Of a DNA stretch of 64,000 nucleotides, positions 39,601 to 48,928 are shown one piece after another. The notes below the pieces were generated by a model. That model was not told the origin of the DNA. It did no database searches and saw only the letters and a program-made list of their open reading frames with translations. Location of the stretch: the NCBI GenBank assembly GCA_014360805.1, contig JACIWU010000003.1, positions 5,020 through 69,019 on the forward strand, given 5' to 3'. The number at the start of each line of letters is the position of its first letter. Position 1 is the first letter of the stretch. The translations under genes were made by a program, and so were the position numbers. The DNA is from Chloroflexota bacterium (GTDB lineage: Bacteria; Chloroflexota; Anaerolineae; DTLA01).

Positions 39601-42600
39601 GTCAGCACGCGATCCAGTTCCAGAGTCTCGCTGAGGGCCACGCCCAGGTCGTACAGCAGGCGCATCTCCTCGGCGCTCTGGCGCGTCTCCTGGAACAGGC
39701 GCGCGTTCTGCACAGCCGTGGCCACCTGCGCGGCGATGGTTTGCAGCACGTTCAGGTCCTCTTCGGTGTAGGCGCGCGGCTTGATGTAACTCTGCACGGC
39801 GATCACGCCGATGACCTTCTCGCCGACGATCATCGGCACGCCCATCCACGACAGCGCGGGCCTGCCCACGGGCGGGTTGCCCAGGATTTCGGTCGCCGCC
39901 TCCACCACGTTCTCGGGCAGGAACAGCGGCTGTCGCGTGCGGATGATGTGCTCGGTCAGGCTCCGCGTGCCGCGTCGGCTGGCCCAGGTTACGCGCTCGC
40001 CCTCCTCAACCGCCAGCGGGAACGACACCTCATCGTTCTCCTCGTCGTACAGGGCGATGTAGAAGTTGGATGCGTCAATGACCTGGCCAATCTGCCTATA
40101 CGCCTCCTCCAACAGCGCCGGCAGGTCCAGGGTGGAACTGATGGTCTGGCCCATGCGGTTGAGCGCGGCCAGCGAACGAATCCGCCGCTCCGATTCCTCA
40201 AACAGGCGTGCGTTCTCAATGGCCACGGCCAACTGGTCGCCAAGCGTCTGGAGGAGGAACAGGTCGTCGTCGCCGAAAGCGTCCAACTCGTGGCTCTGCA
40301 CGTCCAGCACACCGATGACGCGGTCGCCGATGACCAGGGGCACGGTGCATTCCGACCGCGTGTCGGCCAGGAGCGGATGCGGCACGTAGTAGGGGTCCTT
40401 GGTAACGTCGTTGGCGATGAGCGGCTGGCGGGTGCTGGCGGCGTGGCCGATCATCCCTTCCTGGCCCACCTTCAGCCGCAGCCCTTCTTCGCGTATGGCG
40501 CGCCCCACGGAGCCGTTGCCCGCGCGGTACACGGCCTCTTGCGTGTCGGGGTCAATGAGGAACACGTGCACGTGGTCGTAGTTGAACGTCTCGTGCACCA
40601 GTTCCACCACCTCGGTGAGCAGTTCGTCCAGGCCCAGGATGGAAGCGATGCGGCGGCCCACCTCGCTGGTGGCCTCCAACTGCGTGGCGCGCCTGCGCGT
40701 CTCCTCGTACAGGCGACTGTTCTCAATGGCCACGGCGGTCTGCGCGGCCACCGCCGATAGGATGCGCAAATCCCGCTCGCCGAAGGCATCCAACTGGCTG
40801 CTCTGCGCGTCCAGGACGCCGATGAGCCGATTGCCCACCATCATGGGCACGGCGATCTCCGAACGGGTCTGCGAGTCCTTCTGGATGTAGCGGGAATCCT
40901 GGGTAACGTCGGGCACCACCAGCGGCTGCTTGTTCTCGGCGACCCATCCGGTGATGCCTTCCCGTCCCACCTGGATGCGCAGCCCGCGAACGTCTTCCAT
41001 GTACCCCACGGCGGCGCGCACCACCAGGTCGTCGGTAACCGGGTCCAGGAGCAGGAACGCGCAGTTGTCGTACCCCGCCGACTGCCGGAGCGCGCTCAAC
41101 ACGTCTTCCAGCATCTCTTCGGGGTCCAGCGTGGAGACCAGCCCTCGGCTCACGTCGTACATGGCCGAAATCTCGCGCATGCGCGAGATGACGTTTTCGT
41201 ACAGCATCGCGTTCTCAATGCCGATGGCCGCCTGGTTGGCAAACACCTCCAGCGCCGCGATGTCTTCCGGCTCGGGTCGGCGGCGGCTGATGGGGTCGTC
41301 CAGCGACAGGTAGCCGATGTGCCCCTTACTGCCGGTCAGCGGGACGATGAGGGCGTCGGTGGGCTGCCACTCCTCCGGCTCGCGCGGCCCCAGGTCGGGC
41401 ACGTACACCGGCGCGCCGCTCCCCTCCAGCGTGCCCTTGCCGTCGCCGGTGATGAGATAGGACTGGCTGATGCGATAGCGTTCGTCCAGCAGGCTTTCCA
41501 GCGCGGCGCGCGGGAAGGGCGCCGCCGACACGGGCGCACCGTCGCCGACGCCCGCCGTGGCCACCACGCGCACCAGGGTGGGGTCTTCGCCGTCAATCAG
41601 GTTCAGCGCCACAAGGCGATACCCCATCTGCTTGTGCGCGGCCTCGGTGATCTCGCGGCAAACCTGCTCCAGGCTCATCTCGGCCTTGAGGGCATTGCCG
41701 AAGTTGAGCAGGTTGCTCAGTTGCTCTGCGCGGCGCGCCATCAATCGGCTCTGGGCCAACTGCTTCTCGTACAGTTGCGCGTTCTCAATGGCGATGGCCG
41801 CCTGGTTGGCGAAAATCTCCAGCGCCTCCACGACCGCGCGGGTGGGCACCCGCCCGTCGCGAGGCTCATCCACGCTCAGCAGCCCCAGAATCTCGCCGGA
41901 CGAGGAATGCAGCGGGACGATGAGCATGTCTTCGGGATGCCACCGCCCCTGTTCCCACTCTTCGTCCTCCGGCGCCGGCGGCGTGTACACGTGAAGCCCT
42001 TCCTGCCATTCGTGCGCCTTCTGGTGCGGGAAGAAGTAGGACTGGCTGATGCGGTACTCGTCGCGCATGATGCGGGTGAACCGCTCCAGCGGCTGCCGCA
42101 CGCGCCGCATCTCCTCAAAGACGGCGAGGGGCAACCCCGCCGCCGCAACGCGCCGCAGGTACGGCGGGTCGCCCTCCACGACGCTGAGCAGCGCCAGGTT
42201 GAACCCTGTCGTTTCGGGAATGGCGTACACGATCTGATCCAGCACCTCTTCCAGCGAGAGGTTCATGCGCAGGGCGTTGCCGATTTCCAGCAGGCTGCGC
42301 AACTGCTCGGCGCGACGGCTCAGGCTGCTCCCCAGCCGCACCTGCTCCTGATACCGCCAGGCGTTGCCGATGGCCACGCCCGCCTGGTTGGCCAGCGCCT
42401 CCAGGAACTTGACCGTTTCCTCGTCAAACGCCTGCGCTTCCATGGCGCGCAGGCTGATGACGCCCGCGACCGCCCCCTCGTACAGGATGGGCACCGCCAC
42501 GGCCGACAGCGTGCCCTTGCGGATGCAGACCGGGCGCGTCTCCTTGCGTGCGTCGGCCACGATGATGGACTTCGCCGAGCGTATGGCGTCTTCGGCAACG

Positions 42601-45428
42601 CTGTTCCCGTCGCCCAGGGTCATCCCTTTGAGGATTGCCTCCTCTTCTTCGGAGTACCCCTTGTAGGCAACGACGTGGAACTTGCCGCTCTCCACGTCCA
42701 GCAAGGCGATGTTCCCGTGGGACGCGCGGGTGGCGCGAATCGCCTCGGTGATGACGACCTCCAGGATGCGCTCCAACTCCAGCGTGGCGTTGAGTTCCCG
42801 CGTGATGCGCTGGAGGGCCGTCATCTGGTCCACCTGATGTCGCAGTTGCTCGTCGGTGCGCTGGTACAGCCGCAGGTTCTGGATGCCGGTGGCCAGTTGC
42901 GCGGCGATGGTCGCAAGAAGCCGCTCATCCTCGGCGGAAAAGGCGCCGTCGCGCTTGTTCCCCGCATGGAGTTCGCCCAGCACCACGTCCTGCGTCCGCA
43001 ACGGCACCGACAGCACCGTGCGGAATCCGTACTTGTGGATGAGCGGGCGATAGGCGGGGATGATGCGTTTGTCGTTTGGCGCGTCCGACGACCGGAACGG
43101 GCGTCCCGTGCGGAACACGCCATAGGCGAATTCGGGAAATGTCGCGTCAATGGACAGGGTTTCGGCCTCTTCGGGCGGCAGCCCCACAACGCCGCTGGCG
43201 CGAGCCTCCAGCCGCTCCGTGGTCTCGTTGTACATGAGCAGCGCCATCTTCTCGGCCTTGAGCAGGTCGGCCGCCTTGTGCAGCGTCTGCTGGAGCATCT
43301 GCTCCAGGTCCAGCGTGGAGGTAACGATGCCGGCGATTTGGAACAGGCCGGCCATCTCGTCCACCCTGGCCTGCATCTCTTCGTACAGGCGGGCGTTCTC
43401 AATGGCGACGGCGGCCTGGCCTGCAATCGCCTGCAGGAGGCGCAGGTCTTGCTGCGAGAAGGCGTTGGGGCGCTCCGCCGCCATCTCCAGTGTCCCCACC
43501 AGTTTTGGCCCCTTCATCAGCGGCACGCCCATATAGGAGCGGAAGGGGATTTGCTCCGAATCCAGGCGAGGCCGAACATCGGTGCGCGCCTGCACGTCGG
43601 GGATGAACAGCGGCTTCTGGTTGCGGGTGATCCAGCCGGTGTATCCCTGCTCGGGGGTATAGGTGGCGCCAACCTGGGTCAGGTAGCCGGGTTCGCCTGC
43701 CGCCGCCCACGTAACCATGACACCCTGGTCCTCGTCCCACAGGTTCACTTCGGCCACGTAGTAGTCCAGCAGGCGGCGCGCGCTTTCCAAAATGGTCTGG
43801 AGCGTGGCTTCCAAATCCAGGCTGCCCGAAATGGCCTGGCCCACCTCGTTCAGCAGCGAAATCTCCTGGAAGCGGCGGAGTTCCTGATCGTAGAGGCGCG
43901 CATTCCGCACCGCAACCGCCGCCTGGTTGGCCAGGTTCTCCACAAACGCCAGGTTGTCGGTCGTAAACGCGGCAGGGCGGTTGCTCTCCAGGTTCAGCAC
44001 GCCCAGCACCTGGTTCTCGTAGCGGATGGGCACGGTCAACTGCGAGCGTGTGTCGGGCAGGGCCGGCACGTAGTCGGGGTCCTTGGCTACATCGGGGACG
44101 AGGGCGGGCCTGCCGGTGCGCACCACGCGCATGGTGATGCCACCAGGAGACGGGCGCTGCATGTCCCCTTCGGGCGTGATGAGCGTGGGGTAGTTCCGCT
44201 GCGCCAGGAGTTCCAACCTATCCGTTTCGGGGTCGTACAGGCCCGCCAGCGCCGAGGTCGCGCCCGTGGCCTGGATGGCGCGGCCGATGAGCAAGTCCAA
44301 CACGCGGTGCAAATCCAGCGTGCTGGCCAGTTCGCGCGTGATCTCGCTCATCGCGCCCAGTTCTTCCACGCGCCGCGCCAGCGTCCGGTCGGTGGCCGCG
44401 TACAGTTGCGCGTTGGCCAGCGCCAGCGCCGCCTGGTCGGCAATGGCCTCCAGAAAGTGAACGTCGGCTTCGGTGAACGCCTGGGGCGTCCGCGCCTCCA
44501 GGTTCAGCACGCCCACCACGACGTTGCCCATGCGAATGGGCACCGCGACCTCGGAGCGGGTCTCGGGCACGAGCGCAAAGTAGTCCGCGTCCTGCGACAC
44601 GTCGGCGATCAGCGCCGGCTGCCCCGTCTCGCGCACGCGCCCCACGATGGTCTTCGTGGCCTCAAAATCCAGCGTCTTGTAGGCCATGATCTGGTCGGGC
44701 GTGTAGCCATACGCCTCGCGCAGCGCCAACTTCCCCGTGTTCTCGTCTACCAGGAGCAAGGCCCCGTGGGTCGCGGGCGTGGCGGCCACGGTCTCCTCCA
44801 CGATCATGGGCAGGAGTTTGTCCAGTTCCAGGGTGCTGCTGAGTTGGCGGCTGATGCGCTGCAGGGCGGTCAGTTCGTTCACGCGCCGGCGCGACTGGGC
44901 GAGAATCTCCTGGCTCTCCAGTTGCGCAGCGCGGTCCTGCTCCTCTGATCGCACCAGGTAGCGGACGATGTACCCCAGCGCGTAGTAACTGAACAGGCCG
45001 GTGATCAGGAAGGACCAGCGGATCGGCTCGCCCGCGGGCCAGAGCGGCGGCACGAGGGGCAGCAGGAACGCCACGGCCACGCCCGCGATGAAGGCCGCCA
45101 GCGCCCCGATAGGCAGCCATGCGGCTCCCAGCCCGACCAGGAAGTACGCCAGGATGGAGGCGGGGCTTGTGCGTCCGCCCGTCAGGTAGAAGACCGCAAT
45201 GGAAAATGGCACCTCAACGGCGAGAAGCCCGAGGAGGGCATGACGTTCGCGGAACGCGCGAAGTGCGCGGATGCGAAGCGCCAACAGTTGCGCGGCGAGC
45301 AGCCCCAGAACCCAGAATCCAACCCGGCCCTGATTGGCCAGGGAGGAAATCAGCGCGTACAGCCAGCCGAACCAGTACAGCCAGACAACGACTTGCTGCG
45401 CTCTCAGTCTTCCTCTGGAAATGTTCAT
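36651..45428 (-). CDS. Giant (about 2925 aa) hybrid sensor histidine kinase: N-terminal TM region, about 12 tandem GAF domains, PAS, HisKA, HATPase_c and two receiver domains
   Basis: The GAF-like block L..LL.D recurs about 12 times, for example HGALLLVDENTGKL, HGNIALLDVESGKF and QGSILLLDQATGKL. The H-box is FISTVSHELRTPMTSIKGY. The ATP lid is GTGLGLAIVKSF. The two receivers read RILVVEDEPDIA and LVLICDDNEDTQ. Confidence 0.9.
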   Translation of the reverse strand: MNISRGRLRAQQVVVWLYWFGWLYALISSLANQGRVGFWVLGLLAAQLLALRIRALRAFRERHALLGLLAVEVPFSIAVFYLTGGRTSPASILAYFLVGLGAAWLPIGALAAFIAGVAVAFLLPLVPPLWPAGEPIRWSFLITGLFSYYALGYIVRYLVRSEEQDRAAQLESQEILAQSRRRVNELTALQRISRQLSSTLELDKLLPMIVEETVAATPATHGALLLVDENTGKLALREAYGYTPDQIMAYKTLDFEATKTIVGRVRETGQPALIADVSQDADYFALVPETRSEVAVPIRMGNVVVGVLNLEARTPQAFTEADVHFLEAIADQAALALANAQLYAATDRTLARRVEELGAMSEITRELASTLDLHRVLDLLIGRAIQATGATSALAGLYDPETDRLELLAQRNYPTLITPEGDMQRPSPGGITMRVVRTGRPALVPDVAKDPDYVPALPDTRSQLTVPIRYENQVLGVLNLESNRPAAFTTDNLAFVENLANQAAVAVRNARLYDQELRRFQEISLLNEVGQAISGSLDLEATLQTILESARRLLDYYVAEVNLWDEDQGVMVTWAAAGEPGYLTQVGATYTPEQGYTGWITRNQKPLFIPDVQARTDVRPRLDSEQIPFRSYMGVPLMKGPKLVGTLEMAAERPNAFSQQDLRLLQAIAGQAAVAIENARLYEEMQARVDEMAGLFQIAGIVTSTLDLEQMLQQTLHKAADLLKAEKMALLMYNETTERLEARASGVVGLPPEEAETLSIDATFPEFAYGVFRTGRPFRSSDAPNDKRIIPAYRPLIHKYGFRTVLSVPLRTQDVVLGELHAGNKRDGAFSAEDERLLATIAAQLATGIQNLRLYQRTDEQLRHQVDQMTALQRITRELNATLELERILEVVITEAIRATRASHGNIALLDVESGKFHVVAYKGYSEEEEAILKGMTLGDGNSVAEDAIRSAKSIIVADARKETRPVCIRKGTLSAVAVPILYEGAVAGVISLRAMEAQAFDEETVKFLEALANQAGVAIGNAWRYQEQVRLGSSLSRRAEQLRSLLEIGNALRMNLSLEEVLDQIVYAIPETTGFNLALLSVVEGDPPYLRRVAAAGLPLAVFEEMRRVRQPLERFTRIMRDEYRISQSYFFPHQKAHEWQEGLHVYTPPAPEDEEWEQGRWHPEDMLIVPLHSSSGEILGLLSVDEPRDGRVPTRAVVEALEIFANQAAIAIENAQLYEKQLAQSRLMARRAEQLSNLLNFGNALKAEMSLEQVCREITEAAHKQMGYRLVALNLIDGEDPTLVRVVATAGVGDGAPVSAAPFPRAALESLLDERYRISQSYLITGDGKGTLEGSGAPVYVPDLGPREPEEWQPTDALIVPLTGSKGHIGYLSLDDPISRRRPEPEDIAALEVFANQAAIGIENAMLYENVISRMREISAMYDVSRGLVSTLDPEEMLEDVLSALRQSAGYDNCAFLLLDPVTDDLVVRAAVGYMEDVRGLRIQVGREGITGWVAENKQPLVVPDVTQDSRYIQKDSQTRSEIAVPMMVGNRLIGVLDAQSSQLDAFGERDLRILSAVAAQTAVAIENSRLYEETRRRATQLEATSEVGRRIASILGLDELLTEVVELVHETFNYDHVHVFLIDPDTQEAVYRAGNGSVGRAIREEGLRLKVGQEGMIGHAASTRQPLIANDVTKDPYYVPHPLLADTRSECTVPLVIGDRVIGVLDVQSHELDAFGDDDLFLLQTLGDQLAVAIENARLFEESERRIRSLAALNRMGQTISSTLDLPALLEEAYRQIGQVIDASNFYIALYDEENDEVSFPLAVEEGERVTWASRRGTRSLTEHIIRTRQPLFLPENVVEAATEILGNPPVGRPALSWMGVPMIVGEKVIGVIAVQSYIKPRAYTEEDLNVLQTIAAQVATAVQNARLFQETRQSAEEMRLLYDLGVALSETLELDRVLTLIAQSALRLTHTQLATLYIKGQTEDELVFKVVSDPPEMAQQIEVHKPRARGLTAEILRSGKPLVIDEVAQDSRVSSVIRKLGVQSMLGVPVQLEGQTIGVLFAGSTEPHHFTDREVSLVNFLVNQASRAIRNAQLYQEITRLNLELEERVEQRTRELAKANEELTIERDRTEALYRIARELSQTLDLNRVMSRALQLLKESIGMRQGSILLLDQATGKLVHRASLTRGQADQAASLSRSFSAGVGLAGWVLQHRQAVIVPDVTKDKRWLTTVGEETVRSALSVPLQAGEDILGVLTLADPRPDYFSEAHLKMVTAAATQIATAIGNAELYRLIQEQADRLGDMLRMQQTEASKTRAILEGIADGVVVTDTDGRIILFNDAAERILGVPRNVVMNENVHALPATLSAGAEMAARGLAAVSRWVGVASRQRPQMEERFAVGNKVASVRVAPVMMGDELLGTVALFRDISKEVEAERVKNEFISTVSHELRTPMTSIKGYTDLLFMQAAGPITDAQRKFLTVIKSNADRLATLVNDLLDISRIETGRIRLDRQPTDAAKVIQDVVTALRKQAEEKQLTVTIKVKSPLPPVYADRDRLTQILTNLVDNACRYTPAGGKITVSARRVSDKVQIDVADTGIGISPEDQKKVFDRFYRADHPVVQETGGTGLGLAIVKSFVEMHGGTIWLKSELGKGSKFSFTMPIAVFDQPLPPREEVTEEAEPIGAGKRILVVEDEPDIANLVATHLREEGYEVSTCGRGDEVMDLVLRERPHLITLDVRLPGKDGFEVLSDLKSNPETTDIPVVILSIVPDPDRAYRLGAVDYLGKPVDEKRLVSTVHSILFAHDLVLICDDNEDTQKLLREVLERNGFVARAVSDGRQVLAVAEKERPGLILLDLKMPGLDGYSVLEQLKRNPNTADIPVIVMTASISEDKMKRERALALGAVNFMTKPFSIPDLVEEVRKTLESRSRPNGEAESARGATEDRAE

Positions 45429-45457
45429 ACCCACCAACCCACGCAGATTCCGGGACG

Positions 45458-46369
45458 CTAGCCGATCTCGCCGGACTGGGCGATGGCGGCGGCGCGGCGC
45501 GCATCCGAGGCCACCTCGGTGATCTCGCGGATGTCGCTGAAACGTCCAGCCCCGCCGTGCACCGTCCCCACGGCCAGCGTCATGAGCGAGACCTTCTTCT
45601 CTCGCCCTGTCTCATCTTTCACCAGAAGGTAGCCGCGTTCGCGGTCTTTGAAGTTGTAGAAACTCTTGACCTCGCTGTTGAAGCGCGTGGTGATCCGTTC
45701 GCGCAGCGCGGCCTCGCGGTCGGGCGTGGTGATGATGATGAAGTCGCCCCCGCCGATGTGGCCGACGAAATCCTGGCCGCCTTCCAGCGCGTCAATCGTC
45801 TCGCCCAGCACCATGGCCGCAAAGCGCAGCACATCGTCGGCCGCAACGAACCCGTACAGGTCGTTGAACGCGCGCAGCCCGCACACGCCGATATACAGCA
45901 CCGTCCAGTTGTCGCGCTGGATGAGGGCCTTCAGTTGCTCCTCTATCAGCCGCCCGCTGGGGAGGCCCGTAACCGGGTTCGTGAGGTTCTCGTAACTGGC
46001 CCTGCGCAGGGCGTTCTTGACCCGCAGATGCAGTTCTTCCATGTCAAAGGGCTTGGTGATGTAGTCGTCGGCGCCCAACTGGAGGCCGGCGATGCGGTCG
46101 GCCCGCTCATCCTTCTGCGTGAGGAAGATGATGGGAATGTGGCTGGTGCGCAGGTTGGTGCGCAAGCGGCGGCACACCTCGTAGCCGTCAATGTCCGGAA
46201 GTTTGATATCCAAGATGACCAGATTGGGCAGTTTGCGCCGAGAAATCTCCAGGGCCTCGTTCCCGTGCGTGGTAACAAGGACATCGTATCCCTGCGATTC
46301 AAAATAGAAGGCGAGCAGACTGGAGATGTCCCGGTCGTCCTCTACGATCAGAATCCTGTCCTTTGGCAT
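45458..46369 (-). CDS. Response regulator with a REC plus GGDEF-like domain whose signature motif is degenerate (GGGDF)
   Basis: The REC domain reads RILIVEDDRDIS...DIKLPDIDG. The GGDEF-fold region reads NPVTGLPSGRL...DFVGHIGGGDFIII. I placed the start at MPKDRIL after a GGAGGA ribosome-binding site. Confidence 0.85.
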   Translation of the reverse strand: MPKDRILIVEDDRDISSLLAFYFESQGYDVLVTTHGNEALEISRRKLPNLVILDIKLPDIDGYEVCRRLRTNLRTSHIPIIFLTQKDERADRIAGLQLGADDYITKPFDMEELHLRVKNALRRASYENLTNPVTGLPSGRLIEEQLKALIQRDNWTVLYIGVCGLRAFNDLYGFVAADDVLRFAAMVLGETIDALEGGQDFVGHIGGGDFIIITTPDREAALRERITTRFNSEVKSFYNFKDRERGYLLVKDETGREKKVSLMTLAVGTVHGGAGRFSDIREITEVASDARRAAAIAQSGEIG

Positions 46370-46417
46370 GTCTATCCTCCATAACACCTTAGGCTACAAG
46401 CGCACCTGCCTGTTCTA

Positions 46418-47470
46418 TTATACCACTCCTGCGCAAGATGACACGTCCACGGCCCGACCTCCGGCGCGAAGCGGAGCCGCGCGGAAGCCGTGCCGCTCGG
46501 CGATGGTGCAAATCACAGCCACCCGTTCGGGGGCGATGGCGCGCCCCAGCGTGAAACTCTCGTAGCGGCCCTCCAGCGCGAGCGCGATGGTCTCGGCCAT
46601 GCAGGCATACGCATGTTCAGGCGGCAGGCCGAAGTCAAACCGGAACTCCGGCTGTCCCGGCACGATTACATCGCCGCCCGCGTACACAGTGACTTTCAGC
46701 CGCAGCGCGTGCACCGCCGCCGACACATCCGGCGGCAGCGCCAGGTCGTAGACCGCCGCGCCCGGGCGCAAATGCTCCGGACGAATCAGCGGCCCCGCCG
46801 AATTCGTGGCGCTGATGACGATATCCGCCTCCCGCAGCGCCAACAAGTCCGTCGCGCCCGACACCGTGCCAGGCGCCGCCCACTCCAATTCGGCCGCCAG
46901 CCGACTCACGGCCCCGGCGTCGCGCCCCACGATGCCCAGGTGCCCCACCTTGCCGGCGAGCAGGCGTGCGCATGCGCTGCCGATGGACCCCGTCCCGCCG
47001 AGCACGGCCACGTGCAACTCCTCCAGCGGCCTGCCCAGAGCGCGGGCGATGGTTCGCACGGCGCTGCACGTAACCGCCACCGTGTAACTGTTGCCCGTCG
47101 TAACGGGCACGCTCAGCCCTCGCTCAACCGTCTTGCCGGCATCGCCCACCGCCGAGGTCAGCGCGCCCAGCCCCACGATGCGCGCGCCCAGGCGTTCGGC
47201 CAGCCGCCCCGCGCGGATGATCTGGCGATACACGCGCCGCAGCGGGAACCGCGTCATCGCCCGCGGCGTGAGCGGACAGGCCACAAGCCACCCCTCGGCC
47301 TCTACACCCAGTGCAGAGCGAATGCCAGTAACGTGCGAAAGGTACACCGGCGGGAAGTACCCCGACAGGAAGTCCAGCCACCCCAGCGGCAGTCGGCTCA
47401 GGATAGCGAACCGCTTCGCCACATCCCTCCGCACGTCCAAAGGGTGCAGGATGAACCCGAAACGCTCCAT
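46418..47470 (-). CDS. Acyl-ACP reductase (AAR)-like NAD(P)-dependent reductase
   Basis: I placed the start at MERFGFILHP. The motifs GLGALTSAVG, TTGNSYTAVAV and VLGGTGSIGSACARLL parallel the cyanobacterial AAR motifs FGLIGH, LGGFTSI, TTGNTHTAY and VVGATGDIGSAV. I am recalling the AAR motifs from memory, so this is not an alignment. Confidence 0.6.
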   Translation of the reverse strand: MERFGFILHPLDVRRDVAKRFAILSRLPLGWLDFLSGYFPPVYLSHVTGIRSALGVEAEGWLVACPLTPRAMTRFPLRRVYRQIIRAGRLAERLGARIVGLGALTSAVGDAGKTVERGLSVPVTTGNSYTVAVTCSAVRTIARALGRPLEELHVAVLGGTGSIGSACARLLAGKVGHLGIVGRDAGAVSRLAAELEWAAPGTVSGATDLLALREADIVISATNSAGPLIRPEHLRPGAAVYDLALPPDVSAAVHALRLKVTVYAGGDVIVPGQPEFRFDFGLPPEHAYACMAETIALALEGRYESFTLGRAIAPERVAVICTIAERHGFRAAPLRAGGRAVDVSSCAGVV

Positions 47471-47471
47471 C

Positions 47472-48722
47472 TCAATCCCTCGTGTACTTCTGAGGGTGCA
47501 GGCGCTCCTCACCCAGCCGCACGTGATCGCTCTCCTCAAACAGCACGTTGTCGGAGATGACGCCGCGGCCCTCGGCGCGGATGAGCACCGTGTCCGACTC
47601 AATGGTGCGTGCGGGGTAGATGACCATGCCCGCGCCGATTCGGCAGTTGTGCCCGACGCACCCGCCCAGAACGGGCAAGCCCACGGGTTGCGGCTGGCCT
47701 TTGTGCATGGTGCGCAGCGGCTTGCCCAGCAGGTTGAAATCCGTGAAGACCGTATTCGCCCCCACAAACGAGTGCCGCCCGACGACGCACAATTGCAGCG
47801 TGGCGTTCTGGGCCACCATGGAGTTCTCCATGAGTGTGGTCATGAACAGGGCGGCGCGGAACGGCAGGTAGCACCCATCGCTGACAACGCTGAGCATCAC
47901 CTGGCAGCCCTGCATCACGTTGACGTTGCTGCCGATGATGGAGTTGGTTACCACAGCCCCCGGGCCGATGGTGGTGTTGTCGCCGATGATGGCCGGCCCC
48001 TGGATGATGGCCGTCGGGTCAATCTGCACATTGCGCCCCACGCGGATCATCCGGGACGACGACAGGAACTGCCGCCGCTCCAGCAGCGAGCGCATCAGCA
48101 CCCGCGCCGCCTTGGAGAACCGCGTAACCTCGTGTTCCATCTTCGCCCCCATGCTGAAGATTCCGAAGGGCGAATTGGCCATGAACACGTGTACCCAATT
48201 CTCTATCGCCAGGAACGGTCGCAGGGGGACCCAGAAGACCAGTTCCCCCTTCTCCGAGGCCATGTACGTCGGGATGTGGTAATAGCCGATTTCTCGCGCC
48301 ATGGTGTCCACGACCACGGGCTCCGCCGGCTCGTCGGTAGGGCCGTTGGGGTAGTACCACAGGTCCGCCACGTACACGTCGCCCTGGCGGCGGATGTTGT
48401 CCTGCAGGGGCAGGGCGTGGACGACGATGGCCTTGTCGTCGGGGGAGAAGGCCACCTGGCAGGGCTTGCGGCGCGCCTTGGCCAGGCGCAGGAACTCCTG
48501 GATGAAGTCCTCGTCAAAGAAGAGGTTGTCGCGGTACACGATGCATTCTTCGCGGATGGGCGGCAGCGGGTCTCCGCTTTCCACCTCCACCTCCGTGAGG
48601 CAATGCCGGGCCAGAACGTCGCGCTGGTGCAACCACAGGGGTTTATTGAGCACGCGCAGGTCTCGCGCAGGCTCGTTGAAGGGGGGTATCTTGGTGCGAT
48701 CGCGGATGACGATTCGTATCAT
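47472..48722 (-). CDS. Left-handed beta-helix (hexapeptide-repeat) domain protein with an unknown N-terminal domain
   Basis: The C-terminal half carries imperfect hexapeptide repeats, for example IGDNTTIGPGAVVTNSIIGSNVNV. The stop overlaps the downstream start in a TGAGATG arrangement. Confidence 0.5.
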   Translation of the reverse strand: MIRIVIRDRTKIPPFNEPARDLRVLNKPLWLHQRDVLARHCLTEVEVESGDPLPPIREECIVYRDNLFFDEDFIQEFLRLAKARRKPCQVAFSPDDKAIVVHALPLQDNIRRQGDVYVADLWYYPNGPTDEPAEPVVVDTMAREIGYYHIPTYMASEKGELVFWVPLRPFLAIENWVHVFMANSPFGIFSMGAKMEHEVTRFSKAARVLMRSLLERRQFLSSSRMIRVGRNVQIDPTAIIQGPAIIGDNTTIGPGAVVTNSIIGSNVNVMQGCQVMLSVVSDGCYLPFRAALFMTTLMENSMVAQNATLQLCVVGRHSFVGANTVFTDFNLLGKPLRTMHKGQPQPVGLPVLGGCVGHNCRIGAGMVIYPARTIESDTVLIRAEGRGVISDNVLFEESDHVRLGEERLHPQKYTRD

Positions 48723-48928
48723 GGCCCTCTGGCACCCTCCAGATCGCCCACCGTCTTGCGCGCTCCTCCCCGCGCTTTCGGGCGAGGCGCGGACAACCCT
48801 TGGCCGACCGGCGGGCTGGGGGGTACCGCGCCCGGCCTGGGACTCGTTTTGCCGAGAACCGTCCGGAACCGCCGCATCAGCGTCCGACTCCGGCGCGTGC
48901 GTCTGGGTCTATCCGTGTCCTCCCCCGT

